64,000 nucleotides of DNA from a virus. The stretch is from the IMG/VR virus record IMGVR_UViG_3300014026_000114; one strand, 5' to 3'. A program made the position numbers and the translations under genes. The notes beneath the pieces were generated by a model. It had not been told where the DNA came from. It made no database searches and saw only the letters and a program-made list of their open reading frames with translations. Every line of letters starts with the position of its first letter. Positions within the stretch are counted from its first letter, which is position 1. Shown one piece after another: positions 8,721 to 18,390 of the stretch.

Positions 8721-10451
8721 ATGGATAACAGAAAAATCGCATCGTTTCCCTTCCAGTACGATGCTGATATCCTAAATAAATTTCGCAACAATAAAGCCGA
8801 TGAAGTGCTCAAAATGAATCTCTATGATTACCGAGAGAAGATTGACGATCCTCAATTTCACTTCCTTATCGGTCTTTGTATGCTTCGTATGAACTACTTC
8901 CACGAAGCATTTATTGCTTTTGATAAAGCCGAAGGTTTGCTTGGCAAAAACGAGTTTAAATGTATTCTCTTCAAAGCTATCACAGCGTTTCAAGCGCAAC
9001 GCGATGAAGACGCTCAGAAACTTATGAAAAAGCTCAAAGTGAGCAAACTAAATACCAATGAGCGCGTCTCTTTGATGGCGTTAAAGCACAGCTATGGCAT
9101 GGATTGTACTAACGACTGTAATGCTGTTATATCTGCAACAGATATACAAGGAATAGATAAAGATGTTATGACTGTCTTTGCGCTCGTTTATGCAGATCGC
9201 AAAGAAGAAGCAGACAGCAAAGTCGCTTATTTCTCCCCTGAGATGTTCTCCGATTTCCAAACGTTCATGATGGTGCTCGGTGAAATGTATAAACTCGGCA
9301 TCTCAGTAGTAGCAATCAGCAGGGCTTTTCAATTAGCTTTTAAGGCAGATGTACTAACAAAACTTTCTCCTGACGATTTTATGGCGCTTGGCAAGCAGCT
9401 TCTTGGCACAGGTGAATATTTCCGTCTTGACGATGATATGGTGCTTTATTTTCGACATATGGTGCGCATGTGTGGGCGATATGACAAAGCACATAAGGAT
9501 GAGTGGAATAAGGTCGAAGTGCAATTTCTGTGCATGGAATATGACAGAGCAGAGCGCAATGATGATCAATACAGGATGAGCCAAATCATTGATAAGCTCG
9601 CCAAATTTCGCACAAAGAACAAACAAGCACTCCTTTATATCGTTACGTTCGGCATGAAGCATTTACATCCTGCTCGAATGATTGCGATGGGGAAGAAAAT
9701 CAAGAAGCTCGTTTCTATGGATCAGAGCGACATTAAGAGCCGAAAGCTCTATCATGACTTCCTCGTCATGGCAGGATTACTCGCTGACGCTGAAAAGGTC
9801 GCAAAGGCAACTGTTGTGATGCGCCAAAAGCAGGAGAAGGATATTTTCTCCATGATTTATTCCTTCCATCAGTTCTATGGCATGAAGATGTGCATATTCA
9901 ACTCCAAAGAGCACGATGCGCACTGCCCGCTCTGCTTTGGCAGCGAATATATGCCAATCATTAAAACGATTGGATTTGCACACAGTCCTGCTGAAATCTT
10001 CGTTGAAAACGTTGAAAAGTCGCGCATTGAAGTGGATGAAAAAACACTCAAAGCTATCGTTGATTGGCAGCCAATGAACGTGCCAAGCACAATCGTTGGC
10101 AAATATTTACACTCTCTTGGCGCTTATATGTCGGCGAATGATTACCCTGATGTGCTCGTTCCAGGGCAAACATACATCTTCATCCAAATGAAGACAGAAA
10201 CGTACAAGAGACTCGCCAAAGAGGGCTACTCACTGTCACAAATTGATCCACTATGGGTTGCAACTAATGTGACGCGAAAGCGCAAGGAGTTAGCTATTTT
10301 TAGCGACGAGGATAAAGAGTTCTCCGATGATGCCATCCCAGTGAGTGCTGATGATTTCATTGTTGAGGTTATTCATGCAATTTCGTCTGAAAATGACCTC
10401 AAAGAAACTGAAAAACAGCTTGATGCACTCGAAAAGAAACCGAAAAGCTAA
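8721..10451 (+). CDS. Hypothetical TPR-like helical protein with CxxC motif
   Basis: N-terminal TPR-like FLIGLCMLRMNYFHEAFIAFDKA; C...CPLCFG near C-terminal third. Confidence 0.55.
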   Translation: MDNRKIASFPFQYDADILNKFRNNKADEVLKMNLYDYREKIDDPQFHFLIGLCMLRMNYFHEAFIAFDKAEGLLGKNEFKCILFKAITAFQAQRDEDAQKLMKKLKVSKLNTNERVSLMALKHSYGMDCTNDCNAVISATDIQGIDKDVMTVFALVYADRKEEADSKVAYFSPEMFSDFQTFMMVLGEMYKLGISVVAISRAFQLAFKADVLTKLSPDDFMALGKQLLGTGEYFRLDDDMVLYFRHMVRMCGRYDKAHKDEWNKVEVQFLCMEYDRAERNDDQYRMSQIIDKLAKFRTKNKQALLYIVTFGMKHLHPARMIAMGKKIKKLVSMDQSDIKSRKLYHDFLVMAGLLADAEKVAKATVVMRQKQEKDIFSMIYSFHQFYGMKMCIFNSKEHDAHCPLCFGSEYMPIIKTIGFAHSPAEIFVENVEKSRIEVDEKTLKAIVDWQPMNVPSTIVGKYLHSLGAYMSANDYPDVLVPGQTYIFIQMKTETYKRLAKEGYSLSQIDPLWVATNVTRKRKELAIFSDEDKEFSDDAIPVSADDFIVEVIHAISSENDLKETEKQLDALEKKPKS

Positions 10452-10595
10452 ATAGAAAAAACAGAAGAGCGACGATCTTTAAACAAGATCGTCGCTCTTC
10501 TTGGCTTACAGTTCTATCCGCGTTTAGGTTAACGTTCGTTCGGGACGTTTCCTTCGCGCATTATCTTCCTTTCTAAAACCTAAAAACTAAAACCA

Positions 10596-11372
10596 TTAAG
10601 TCATTCCGTGGCTGATGAGCATATCCAAATCAGACAACGAAAGTCCATAAACCTTCTTCAAAGCGGTATTGGCATCATAGGTGTAAAGATAATCGAAATA
10701 CGTCCACATCAGCTCAGGTGCGAAGTGATTGTTGAGATAAATGAGCGCCATATCCGCTTTGCCGTAGACATGTTTGCCGCTTAGGAACATCGTGTTCCAA
10801 TCATCGTGCGAAGTGATTTGCTCCAATGTGAAATCTGCCTGTATCGTCCTTGAGATAGCAGAAGAGTGGAACGATGAGTAGCGTGTCATATCAACAGGAT
10901 GCACAGCGCGCGCTCCAATATAGTCTGCCATACCCTCGACAAACCAAAGATTCTTGTTCATGGAATCGGTCGAGCCATAGCGATCCATTTGGTACTGGTG
11001 CGTCATTTCGTGTGCCGTTAAGAACGCAAGATAGTACCAAGATGAATCTGGATTGACAACGAGGTTAATTTCCCCAACACGCGCATTGCCGCCGACCTTG
11101 TTTTGCAGTTCAGCGTACCCAATAGCACTCTCTGCTTCGGCGTCATTGACCACATTGATGGTAACGTCGTGTTGGAGTTGAAGATCGAAACTAGATGCCA
11201 TATAGCGCGTAATGCGTTGCACGCCGTCAGAGATAGCATCTAGTTGTAGTTGTGTAAGCGATTGATTTGGAACTATCGTAACATTCGCCGCAAAGCACTG
11301 TGATACGAATAGGAGAAGAAAAGAGAAGGTTAAAACAAATTGCCGGATTGTAAGTAAGATGTTATGTGTCAT
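10596..11372 (-). CDS. Secreted zinc metallopeptidase (gluzincin type)
   Basis: Signal peptide; AHEMTHQYQ plus WFVEGMADY. Confidence 0.8.
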   Translation of the reverse strand: MTHNILLTIRQFVLTFSFLLLFVSQCFAANVTIVPNQSLTQLQLDAISDGVQRITRYMASSFDLQLQHDVTINVVNDAEAESAIGYAELQNKVGGNARVGEINLVVNPDSSWYYLAFLTAHEMTHQYQMDRYGSTDSMNKNLWFVEGMADYIGARAVHPVDMTRYSSFHSSAISRTIQADFTLEQITSHDDWNTMFLSGKHVYGKADMALIYLNNHFAPELMWTYFDYLYTYDANTALKKVYGLSLSDLDMLISHGMT

Positions 11373-11389
11373 GATTTCTCTCTTTCTAT

Positions 11390-12439
11390 TTAGAGCACAA
11401 GATGAGCAACAGGATCAACGAGTTCGTCGTTAATCCACATGGAGAAGTGACAATGCGGACCAGTTGAGTCTCCTGTTGAGCCAACAAGTGCAATGACATC
11501 TCCTTGTTGTACTATCTCGCCCTCTTGGACATTCAATTTATTATTATGCCCATACAGAGTGTAAACCCCTTCTGCATGGGATAAAACAACGGTATTTCCA
11601 AAACCTGAAAGCCATCCTGCATAGACAACTTTGCCATAATTACTCGCCAAAACAGGAGTATCGTAATCGGCGGCAAAATCTGTGCCTGAATGGAACCTTC
11701 GTGTGTTGGTGATGGGATGGATTCGATACCCAAACCCCGAAGTGATTATATAGTCCTTAATAGGAGCAATAAATGGCGGTAAATTCGGAACAACAGCGCC
11801 TTGATGCTCTGTTTGGTTTGTTCTTGGATCTTCATCAAGATAATCTTTGCTGTCTATAATGAATTTGTTTAGTCCTAATGGGTTGTCATCGTCCAAATTC
11901 GTGCTTATATCGGTCATATCGGTGACGGATAGGTTGCCTGTGATTTTCTGTGTAAGCGTCTTTTTTTGCGCTTTTAGCGCGTCACAAGCAGTTTCCTCCA
12001 TATCGTGCTTACTTTCAAGCTCACGCGCTTTTTTATTGTGTGTATCAAGTTCATTTCGCGCTTCTTTAAGTCTGTTCTCTTTATCAAAATAAGCGCTAAT
12101 CATTGCAGGAACGTCGTACCATGCGACGCCGTTAAATATGTTCTCAGTCTTAATGTAGCGCAAATTCTGCTCTAACTGCAATGCTTGCTCTTTCTCTGTT
12201 TTGAGTTCGGATTTCAAATCAAGCGCTTTATTTGTGCAAGCAGAAATCTTATCGTTAATTTCCTGCATGGAAAGTTCTGGCGTATCTGCATTCTGCTCCG
12301 TTGAAGCAACTTGCTGTTTTTCTGTTGTTGTTTGCATAGGCTGTTTCTTCTCTGAGCCAGTTAATAGCATAACAACGCTGATTAGAGCAAAAAGAATAAT
12401 GCAAAATAAAAACGCTTTTTGGACTTTGGATAACTCCAT
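11390..12439 (-). CDS. Membrane-anchored coiled-coil M23 peptidase
   Basis: ITSGFGYRIHPI, HSGTD, TLYGH, GSTGDSTGPHCHF. Confidence 0.92.
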   Translation of the reverse strand: MELSKVQKAFLFCIILFALISVVMLLTGSEKKQPMQTTTEKQQVASTEQNADTPELSMQEINDKISACTNKALDLKSELKTEKEQALQLEQNLRYIKTENIFNGVAWYDVPAMISAYFDKENRLKEARNELDTHNKKARELESKHDMEETACDALKAQKKTLTQKITGNLSVTDMTDISTNLDDDNPLGLNKFIIDSKDYLDEDPRTNQTEHQGAVVPNLPPFIAPIKDYIITSGFGYRIHPITNTRRFHSGTDFAADYDTPVLASNYGKVVYAGWLSGFGNTVVLSHAEGVYTLYGHNNKLNVQEGEIVQQGDVIALVGSTGDSTGPHCHFSMWINDELVDPVAHLVL

Positions 12440-12549
12440 TCAAATTCACCTCATTCCAAAGTATATCACAACGAAATGGCTTATAACTGAATTTGAAACA
12501 AACAAAAAGCCGCCAAATGGCGACCTTTTGCTTTTTGCGACTCTTTTTG

Positions 12550-13557
12550 TCAACGGTAACCATGCTCCTTCATCTTCGCATCATGCTCTAAGAGCAGGTT
12601 TTCGAGAAGATTTTGGAACAACTCCTTGTGCTCATCCGCGAACAGATAGAGCATCGTAACGCAGCACTGGGTTACATCAAGGAGCGCTTTCAGCATCTCC
12701 ATCGCTTTCCGCTCACTCTCCATTGGAGTGCGTTTTTCGCCCGACATTGCAGAATACTTTCCTGCAATCTGCGCGAGTTCTCCTGCCTCTTCTGAAATCT
12801 TCAAACATGTACGCAAAACGTCAGTCTGAATATCCAAACGAGGAAGTGCGAACGATACACGCTCATCGCGCACAAGGATGTCTGCATGTACGTCTTCGTG
12901 CAGATATCCTTTCTTTATGAGCTTCCTAATATGCTCATTCAAGGCCGACCGCATACCCATGCCGTTTTCGCGGCAAACCAGAAACAGCAGAGTTGCCGTT
13001 GTCTGTCCGACATCCATCAACTCGTCAAGGATAGGCGCGATGACGCGCAAATCCTTTGGCGACTCTTTTCCGATGAGATACGTCTTCTGCACTTCTCGTG
13101 CTAACTCACCAGTCTCCTCCATCAACTTGAAGATGGTTGAGTTGACGGTTGGAGATATCTTGGTCAGCTCAGAGAAGTAAATCCGAAGAGGATTAAATCG
13201 TCTGTGCAAACGACCAAAAATGATTTCTGCCATTTCAGATTCAACCATTGGGGCAAGCTCATCCTCCATGAGGCTTAGCGCGGTTCTCCCTACTTCAAAA
13301 ACAGTTTCCTTTGTCACATGACGAAAACCTGCTTCCAAAATTGACTTTCCGACAAACTCGGTATATTCCGCGAAATTAGCAAATTCGTGGAACGCTCCTC
13401 CAACGAAGCCTATGATGTCGTTTTTAAGTCGTTCGTCATCATGGATGAGTTCGTTCCATCCAGGTTTTCCCTCTTCGTATTCGAGGTACTTTCCCTCGTA
13501 GAACGCTGCCATTTCCGGCAAGAAGTATTTCACCGCGTTGATAACTACATTCTTCAT
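12550..13557 (-). CDS. Tandem MazG-like nucleotide pyrophosphohydrolase
   Basis: Two KLxEExGELA...ELxDV-type units (KLMEETGELA..DELMDV; KISEEAGELA..ALLDV); ATG at 13557 after AAGGAG. Confidence 0.75.
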   Translation of the reverse strand: MKNVVINAVKYFLPEMAAFYEGKYLEYEEGKPGWNELIHDDERLKNDIIGFVGGAFHEFANFAEYTEFVGKSILEAGFRHVTKETVFEVGRTALSLMEDELAPMVESEMAEIIFGRLHRRFNPLRIYFSELTKISPTVNSTIFKLMEETGELAREVQKTYLIGKESPKDLRVIAPILDELMDVGQTTATLLFLVCRENGMGMRSALNEHIRKLIKKGYLHEDVHADILVRDERVSFALPRLDIQTDVLRTCLKISEEAGELAQIAGKYSAMSGEKRTPMESERKAMEMLKALLDVTQCCVTMLYLFADEHKELFQNLLENLLLEHDAKMKEHGYR

Positions 13558-13715
13558 GTTTTTGTCTCCTTTCGATCCCCTTAAAAGAGGAAACATAGCG
13601 GTCTCCAAAATAGAAAGCCGCCAATTAACATCTACAAAGATTGTACCGTAAAAAGACCTTTGCGGCACTAAAAAAGGCATCTTTTCCAAGATGCCTCCCA
13701 GTCAAATGCTTTAGT

Positions 13716-15152
13716 TTAGAAATCTTCTCCAATAATCAACGTCGGAGTAAAGTCGCCCTTTTTCGTAATCACAGAGCACCTGAACGGCAAGTTTTTAACT
13801 GCTTCTTGTGTTTCTTTGTCACTCTCAGAAACAATCACAATCGTGCGCGGATTTGGCGTTCCAGTGGACTTATCGCTAATCGTTCCAATCTCAACACCTG
13901 CGTTCATGAGCGCTCTTTGTACCCGTGATGTTTTGTCTGAGTCTGTCGTTGTGTTGATGATTTTAATTCCTGTTTCGTTTCCTGTTCCGCTTCCTGTTTG
14001 CTGATTTTTCAGCCACTCTTGGTATCTGCGTTGTTCAGCAAGTTCGGCACGTTCTCTGTCTTCATCAGCGCGTAATTTGGCGCGGATTTCAGCTTCTCTC
14101 TCATTTGTTTCGCTCTTTGTATCATCTACTTGCCACACAACAGTACTCTGTTTATCATCAATGGATTCTCTAAATACACCTTGCTCTTTAGTTGCGACTT
14201 CTTCCGCTTTTGTTGCGGGAGGAGGCGTGTTTTCGCGGTCTAGGATGAAGTTGTTCATCGCTTGAAGTTCATCATGGAGTTTGGGATAATTGACAATCCA
14301 ATAACTCAGGTCATCAATCATTTGCGGACTTCCAGGGACCATAAACGCGGTTGTTTTGTAGTCTTTTCCGTTCTTTAAGAGGGACAAGTATTCAACCATG
14401 TCGGCGAATGACATGTCTGTTTGGATAGAGTTGCGAACCTCTTTGATGATGGGTGGGATTTTAAGAACCGTTAAAGGAGATGTAAATTTCGTGAGAACGG
14501 CGTTAAGGAACTTCTGTTGGCGTTTCACGCGTCCAATATCGCCTTCTTCGTCACGGTAGCGCACATATTCGATTGCTTTTTCTCCGTCAAGATGTTGCTG
14601 TCCTTTTTTGAGATCAATAACAAGTCCATTTTCACCATCGTAATCGTCACGGTAATACATGTCTTTTCCAACATCCAAATCAACGCCGCCAAGGAGGTCG
14701 ATGATTTTCTTAAAGGACGCAAAGTTGATAACAAAATAGTGATCCGCTTTGACATTCAAAAGTTTTTCAATGGTTTGTTTCGCAAGCGAAATGCCGCCAT
14801 AAGCGTAAGCATGATTCACTTTGGTTGAGCCATACTTAATCATATCCACTCTTGAATCACGCGGCACTGAAACAAGCCCAATGCGCTTTGTTGCAAGGTT
14901 GGCAGAGAGCATCATAATGGTATCGGATCGACCGACATCCCCACTGCGCTCATCAACGCCAAGAAGGAGAAAGTTGACAGTTTTGTTTTCTGGTTCTTTC
15001 TCATCCGTTATTTCTGCTGTTCCATCAGCGGCACTTGGGTGCGCGGATTCAAATAGTCCGTGAAAGACGTAATAAGATGCGCCAACAGTTGCGAGAAAGA
15101 CTGCGAGAATTAAGAGCGCTATTTTGTGGTTTTTGATAAATTGCAAAATCAT
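13716..15152 (-). CDS. LCP (LytR-CpsA-Psr) family protein
   Basis: LLLGVDER, RSDTIM, SVPRDS, KVNHAYAYGG, YVRYR, GDIGRVKRQQ; N-terminal TM helix. Confidence 0.93.
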   Translation of the reverse strand: MILQFIKNHKIALLILAVFLATVGASYYVFHGLFESAHPSAADGTAEITDEKEPENKTVNFLLLGVDERSGDVGRSDTIMMLSANLATKRIGLVSVPRDSRVDMIKYGSTKVNHAYAYGGISLAKQTIEKLLNVKADHYFVINFASFKKIIDLLGGVDLDVGKDMYYRDDYDGENGLVIDLKKGQQHLDGEKAIEYVRYRDEEGDIGRVKRQQKFLNAVLTKFTSPLTVLKIPPIIKEVRNSIQTDMSFADMVEYLSLLKNGKDYKTTAFMVPGSPQMIDDLSYWIVNYPKLHDELQAMNNFILDRENTPPPATKAEEVATKEQGVFRESIDDKQSTVVWQVDDTKSETNEREAEIRAKLRADEDRERAELAEQRRYQEWLKNQQTGSGTGNETGIKIINTTTDSDKTSRVQRALMNAGVEIGTISDKSTGTPNPRTIVIVSESDKETQEAVKNLPFRCSVITKKGDFTPTLIIGEDF

Positions 15153-15204
15153 TATTTTTCCCCTTTTGTGTTAAGAAAAAGGATTCCTGTTGGAATCCGA
15201 ATTC

Positions 15205-15903
15205 TTAATAGCCTGCTTCGACGTTAATTACCTGATCGTCATAGTCGCCATTGGCAAACGCGTTTGTCTTATCTTCATCCTCAACATAAACAACTTCATA
15301 CTTTGGCTCTGGTGCTTCCGGAGGAATGTAATTCGCTCCATTTAGTATAGTATTTAATGCGCCGCTTAACTGAGAATATTTTTGCGTAATTTGTGCTACA
15401 TAGTTTTGTGTCTCTTCAAATGGAGGAATACCGCCATATTGTTTGACCGCATCTGGGCCTGCATTATACGCAGCAAGCGCTGAACGTGTGTCTCCATTAA
15501 AGTTGGTTAATTGCGTTGCCATATAGCTACATGCACCCTCAATGTTTTGGAGCGTGTCATATGGATTAACGCCAAGAGCCGACGCTGTGCTTGGAAGTAG
15601 CTGACCCATGCCAATCGCGCCTGCCGATGATACTGCATTTTGATTGAACTTTGATTCAGTATCAATGAGTGCAGACATGATGAGGGGATCAATATTATAT
15701 TTGTAGGAGTAGTAGAGAATCGCTTTTGCAACTCCTCCTGCCTCATCGAAGGACATAGAAGGGTTTTCAGAGTTAACATAACGCTGAATCAGGTTTTCAA
15801 CCCAAATAGTTGGTATTGCCGCTTCTGTGCTTGATGGATTTAGTCCAACAACAGCAGAAATTGTAATGAAAGCGGCAACAATTAGTTTTTTTATTCTAAA
15901 CAA
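15205..15903 (-). CDS. Lytic transglycosylase (SLT domain)
   Basis: TESKFNQNAVSSAGAIGMGQLLP, ALAAYNAGP, ETQNYV. Confidence 0.93.
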   Translation of the reverse strand: MFRIKKLIVAAFITISAVVGLNPSSTEAAIPTIWVENLIQRYVNSENPSMSFDEAGGVAKAILYYSYKYNIDPLIMSALIDTESKFNQNAVSSAGAIGMGQLLPSTASALGVNPYDTLQNIEGACSYMATQLTNFNGDTRSALAAYNAGPDAVKQYGGIPPFEETQNYVAQITQKYSQLSGALNTILNGANYIPPEAPEPKYEVVYVEDEDKTNAFANGDYDDQVINVEAGY

Positions 15904-15923
15904 AGATCGTTGCCCCTTTCTGA

Positions 15924-16790
15924 CTAGATGCCAAGTTCAGCGAGCACACCGCTAAAACCATCTTTCTTCTCTTCTTTATTTTCCTCTTTTGGTGCTTCTT
16001 GCGTTTCTGTGGATGTTACTTCTATTTCGGAAGAGGTTGTTTCCGTTGCTTTGGTTTCTTCTGTTACCTCTGGTTCATTGAATGAAAACGCTTCGGCAAC
16101 AATGGGTTCGTCAATTTTCGTTTCTGTTTCAACAGGTTTCTCTTCTTCCAAAGAGGTTGCTTCGGTTGCTTCCGTTATTTCTGGTTCGTCAAACGAAAAT
16201 ACTTCGGTAGCAATAGATTCGTCGGTTTGTTCTTCTGTTTCAACAGGTTTCTTTTCCGTAGATAACATTGCTTCTGTTTCCGAAGATGTTTCGTTTGTTA
16301 CTTCGGGTTCTTCTGTTTCCTGCTCGCTCTCATTAAGTTTGTTCGCTTCATCGTTAATTGCTTCTTTTGCAATCTCTTCAGCGTTCGGCGTTTCTTCTTC
16401 CGGCTCATTCAATTCAGGTTCAAGTGATTTTACAGCAAGCTGTGGCGCAGGCTCTTGTTTGTTTTGCGTCTGTTTCTGTCCTTGCCTTTTTAGGTTTCCT
16501 CCATGAGACGTTACGATCTTTTCAACAGAAGACGACGTTTCAAGGGACGCGATTGCGGATTTATAAATCATGATAAATCCTTGTTCTCTTCCATTCCCAA
16601 CAGGCGCGAATGGAATCAGCGAAAGGACAAACTGATCATAATCATGAAGTTTGCCGAAATACTGCGTTCCATTTTGCATCGTGATGCGCAAAATGCTCTT
16701 TGTGGTCAGTGCCGCTTCAAGGATTCTATTTTGAATTTGATTTGGTTTCTTTTCTGTGACTGGCATATTTGGATTCTGCATTGCAGGCAT
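15924..16790 (-). CDS. Hfq-like (Sm-fold) protein with long acidic repetitive tail
   Basis: IQNRIL...ITMQNGTQYFGKLHDYDQFVLSL...MIYKSAIASL aligns with the Hfq Sm1/Sm2 pattern (NG..L.G....FDQF, YKHAIST). Confidence 0.7.
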   Translation of the reverse strand: MPAMQNPNMPVTEKKPNQIQNRILEAALTTKSILRITMQNGTQYFGKLHDYDQFVLSLIPFAPVGNGREQGFIMIYKSAIASLETSSSVEKIVTSHGGNLKRQGQKQTQNKQEPAPQLAVKSLEPELNEPEEETPNAEEIAKEAINDEANKLNESEQETEEPEVTNETSSETEAMLSTEKKPVETEEQTDESIATEVFSFDEPEITEATEATSLEEEKPVETETKIDEPIVAEAFSFNEPEVTEETKATETTSSEIEVTSTETQEAPKEENKEEKKDGFSGVLAELGI

Positions 16791-16983
16791 TTATATTCCT
16801 CCCTTAATTAAGGCGATTAATTGCTTTTTTGATTTTAACAGATTTAGAGGTGAAAGATTTTCTTGCGCTGTGTTGGCAAAAAGTGTTAATATAGATAATG
16901 TCGAAGGAGTTCTATTGATTTTTGAGAACCCCTTATAAAATTTGATGGCGACTACATATAAGTCGCAAGAAAGGAGCCTTATC

Positions 16984-17823
16984 ATGGCTAGAAATCAGAT
17001 TTCCATCGAAAATGCAACGGTTGTTGGTGTTGAGGCGCGGCAGCGTCCTGATGGCGGTAACTCCATCATTATGACTGTTTCTGTGACAGGTCGTAATGGC
17101 GCTGTTACAACCGTCGTCGCCTCCACAGGGGGGCAGGCGCTTCAGCAGAAGTTGCAAACATTCAAGCAGGGCGACACCGTGAATCTTCACGGCGCAAACC
17201 TCTGCGCACAGAAGAGGCAGGATGGCAGTGTGGTTGGTTACACGCAGCTTTCCCGTATCTCTCGCGGAGTCGCAGGAGAACCTACCAACATTGAGCTTAT
17301 CGCGCTCAATGCTCAGGTCGGGCAGTTTGTCCCGCAGGTGAAAACCTCGGCGAACGGTGTTGAGTATGTGAGTATCAACACCTCGGTCTATGTCCGAAAG
17401 GGCAAAGACGGGAAAGGCATTTATCTCAATATCGCGGGTAATGCTTTTAAGCAGAGCTACCTCGGCGATTTTGAGATTCTTGCTGCCGCGCGTCAGGGTC
17501 AGCGGTTTACGCTGATTCTTGACAATGTTTCCATCACGGCTTCTCCCCAGAAAGGGAACCCCATTGTGTATGGGAACATTACGAGTGTCGCGGAAAATCT
17601 TCCGTACACGGGACAGGCACAGGGAGGCTTCGTTCAGCAGAGCGCACCTCAGCAGTATACTCCGACACCGACGCCGGCGCCTGCTCAGGGCGCATACCAG
17701 CAGCAGAGCTATGCACAGTCTGCCGCACCTGCTCCTCAGCAGGGTTATCAGCAGAATGCCGCACAGCAGAGCGCTCCCCAGATGGGCGCAGTATTTGTGG
17801 ATGACGACGACATTCCGTTCTGA
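16984..17823 (+). CDS. SSB-like protein (probable tandem OB folds) with Q/P-rich linker and DDDDIPF tip
   Basis: C-terminal DDDDIPF is the SSB interaction tip; beta-rich N-terminal domains. Confidence 0.6.
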   Translation: MARNQISIENATVVGVEARQRPDGGNSIIMTVSVTGRNGAVTTVVASTGGQALQQKLQTFKQGDTVNLHGANLCAQKRQDGSVVGYTQLSRISRGVAGEPTNIELIALNAQVGQFVPQVKTSANGVEYVSINTSVYVRKGKDGKGIYLNIAGNAFKQSYLGDFEILAAARQGQRFTLILDNVSITASPQKGNPIVYGNITSVAENLPYTGQAQGGFVQQSAPQQYTPTPTPAPAQGAYQQQSYAQSAAPAPQQGYQQNAAQQSAPQMGAVFVDDDDIPF

Positions 17824-17961
17824 TTCCACGGTCTAAAACCGAAAAGAAAAACAGGGTCATTGTACCCTGTTTTTTGATTGCAACCGATTCTGATACACTT
17901 ACTCTTGTAGTGAGAAATCTGTCTACTAACAAACACACCACATATAAGGAGAGAATTACAT

Positions 17962-18339
17962 ATGAGTTGCATACTCACAGCTATTGGTCGCATTGGAAAG
18001 ATTGAGCAGAAGACGCTTCCGAGCGGTTCTGTTGTCACAAACTTCGCTGTTGCATCGAACACAGGCGAGAAGGATAAGGACGGTCAGTACCGCACTGAGT
18101 GGACAAACTTTGAGGCTTGGAATAAGCGCGCTGAGACCATCCATAACATCGCTCATGTTGGCGATTTGGTCTGCGTTCGCGCAAAGAAGAGCACGACAAA
18201 GAGCACTTCCGAAGATGGGAAGAATCGCTACTTCACGGCGTTTCGTGTTGTTGATTTTGAGGTTATCATGTTCAAGAAGCGCGATAACGACAACGCTGAC
18301 GCGAAGGAAGAGGAAGTTCCAGAGGAAATTCTGTACTAA
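17962..18339 (+). CDS. ssb: Single-stranded DNA-binding protein
   Basis: IGRIG, SGSVVTNFAVA, TEWTNFEAWNKRAE, GDLVCV. Confidence 0.85.
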   Translation: MSCILTAIGRIGKIEQKTLPSGSVVTNFAVASNTGEKDKDGQYRTEWTNFEAWNKRAETIHNIAHVGDLVCVRAKKSTTKSTSEDGKNRYFTAFRVVDFEVIMFKKRDNDNADAKEEEVPEEILY

Positions 18340-18390
18340 AAAGAAGCCCAACAACCTAGTTTTACCTAAGTTGAAGGGCTTTTTTATTAC

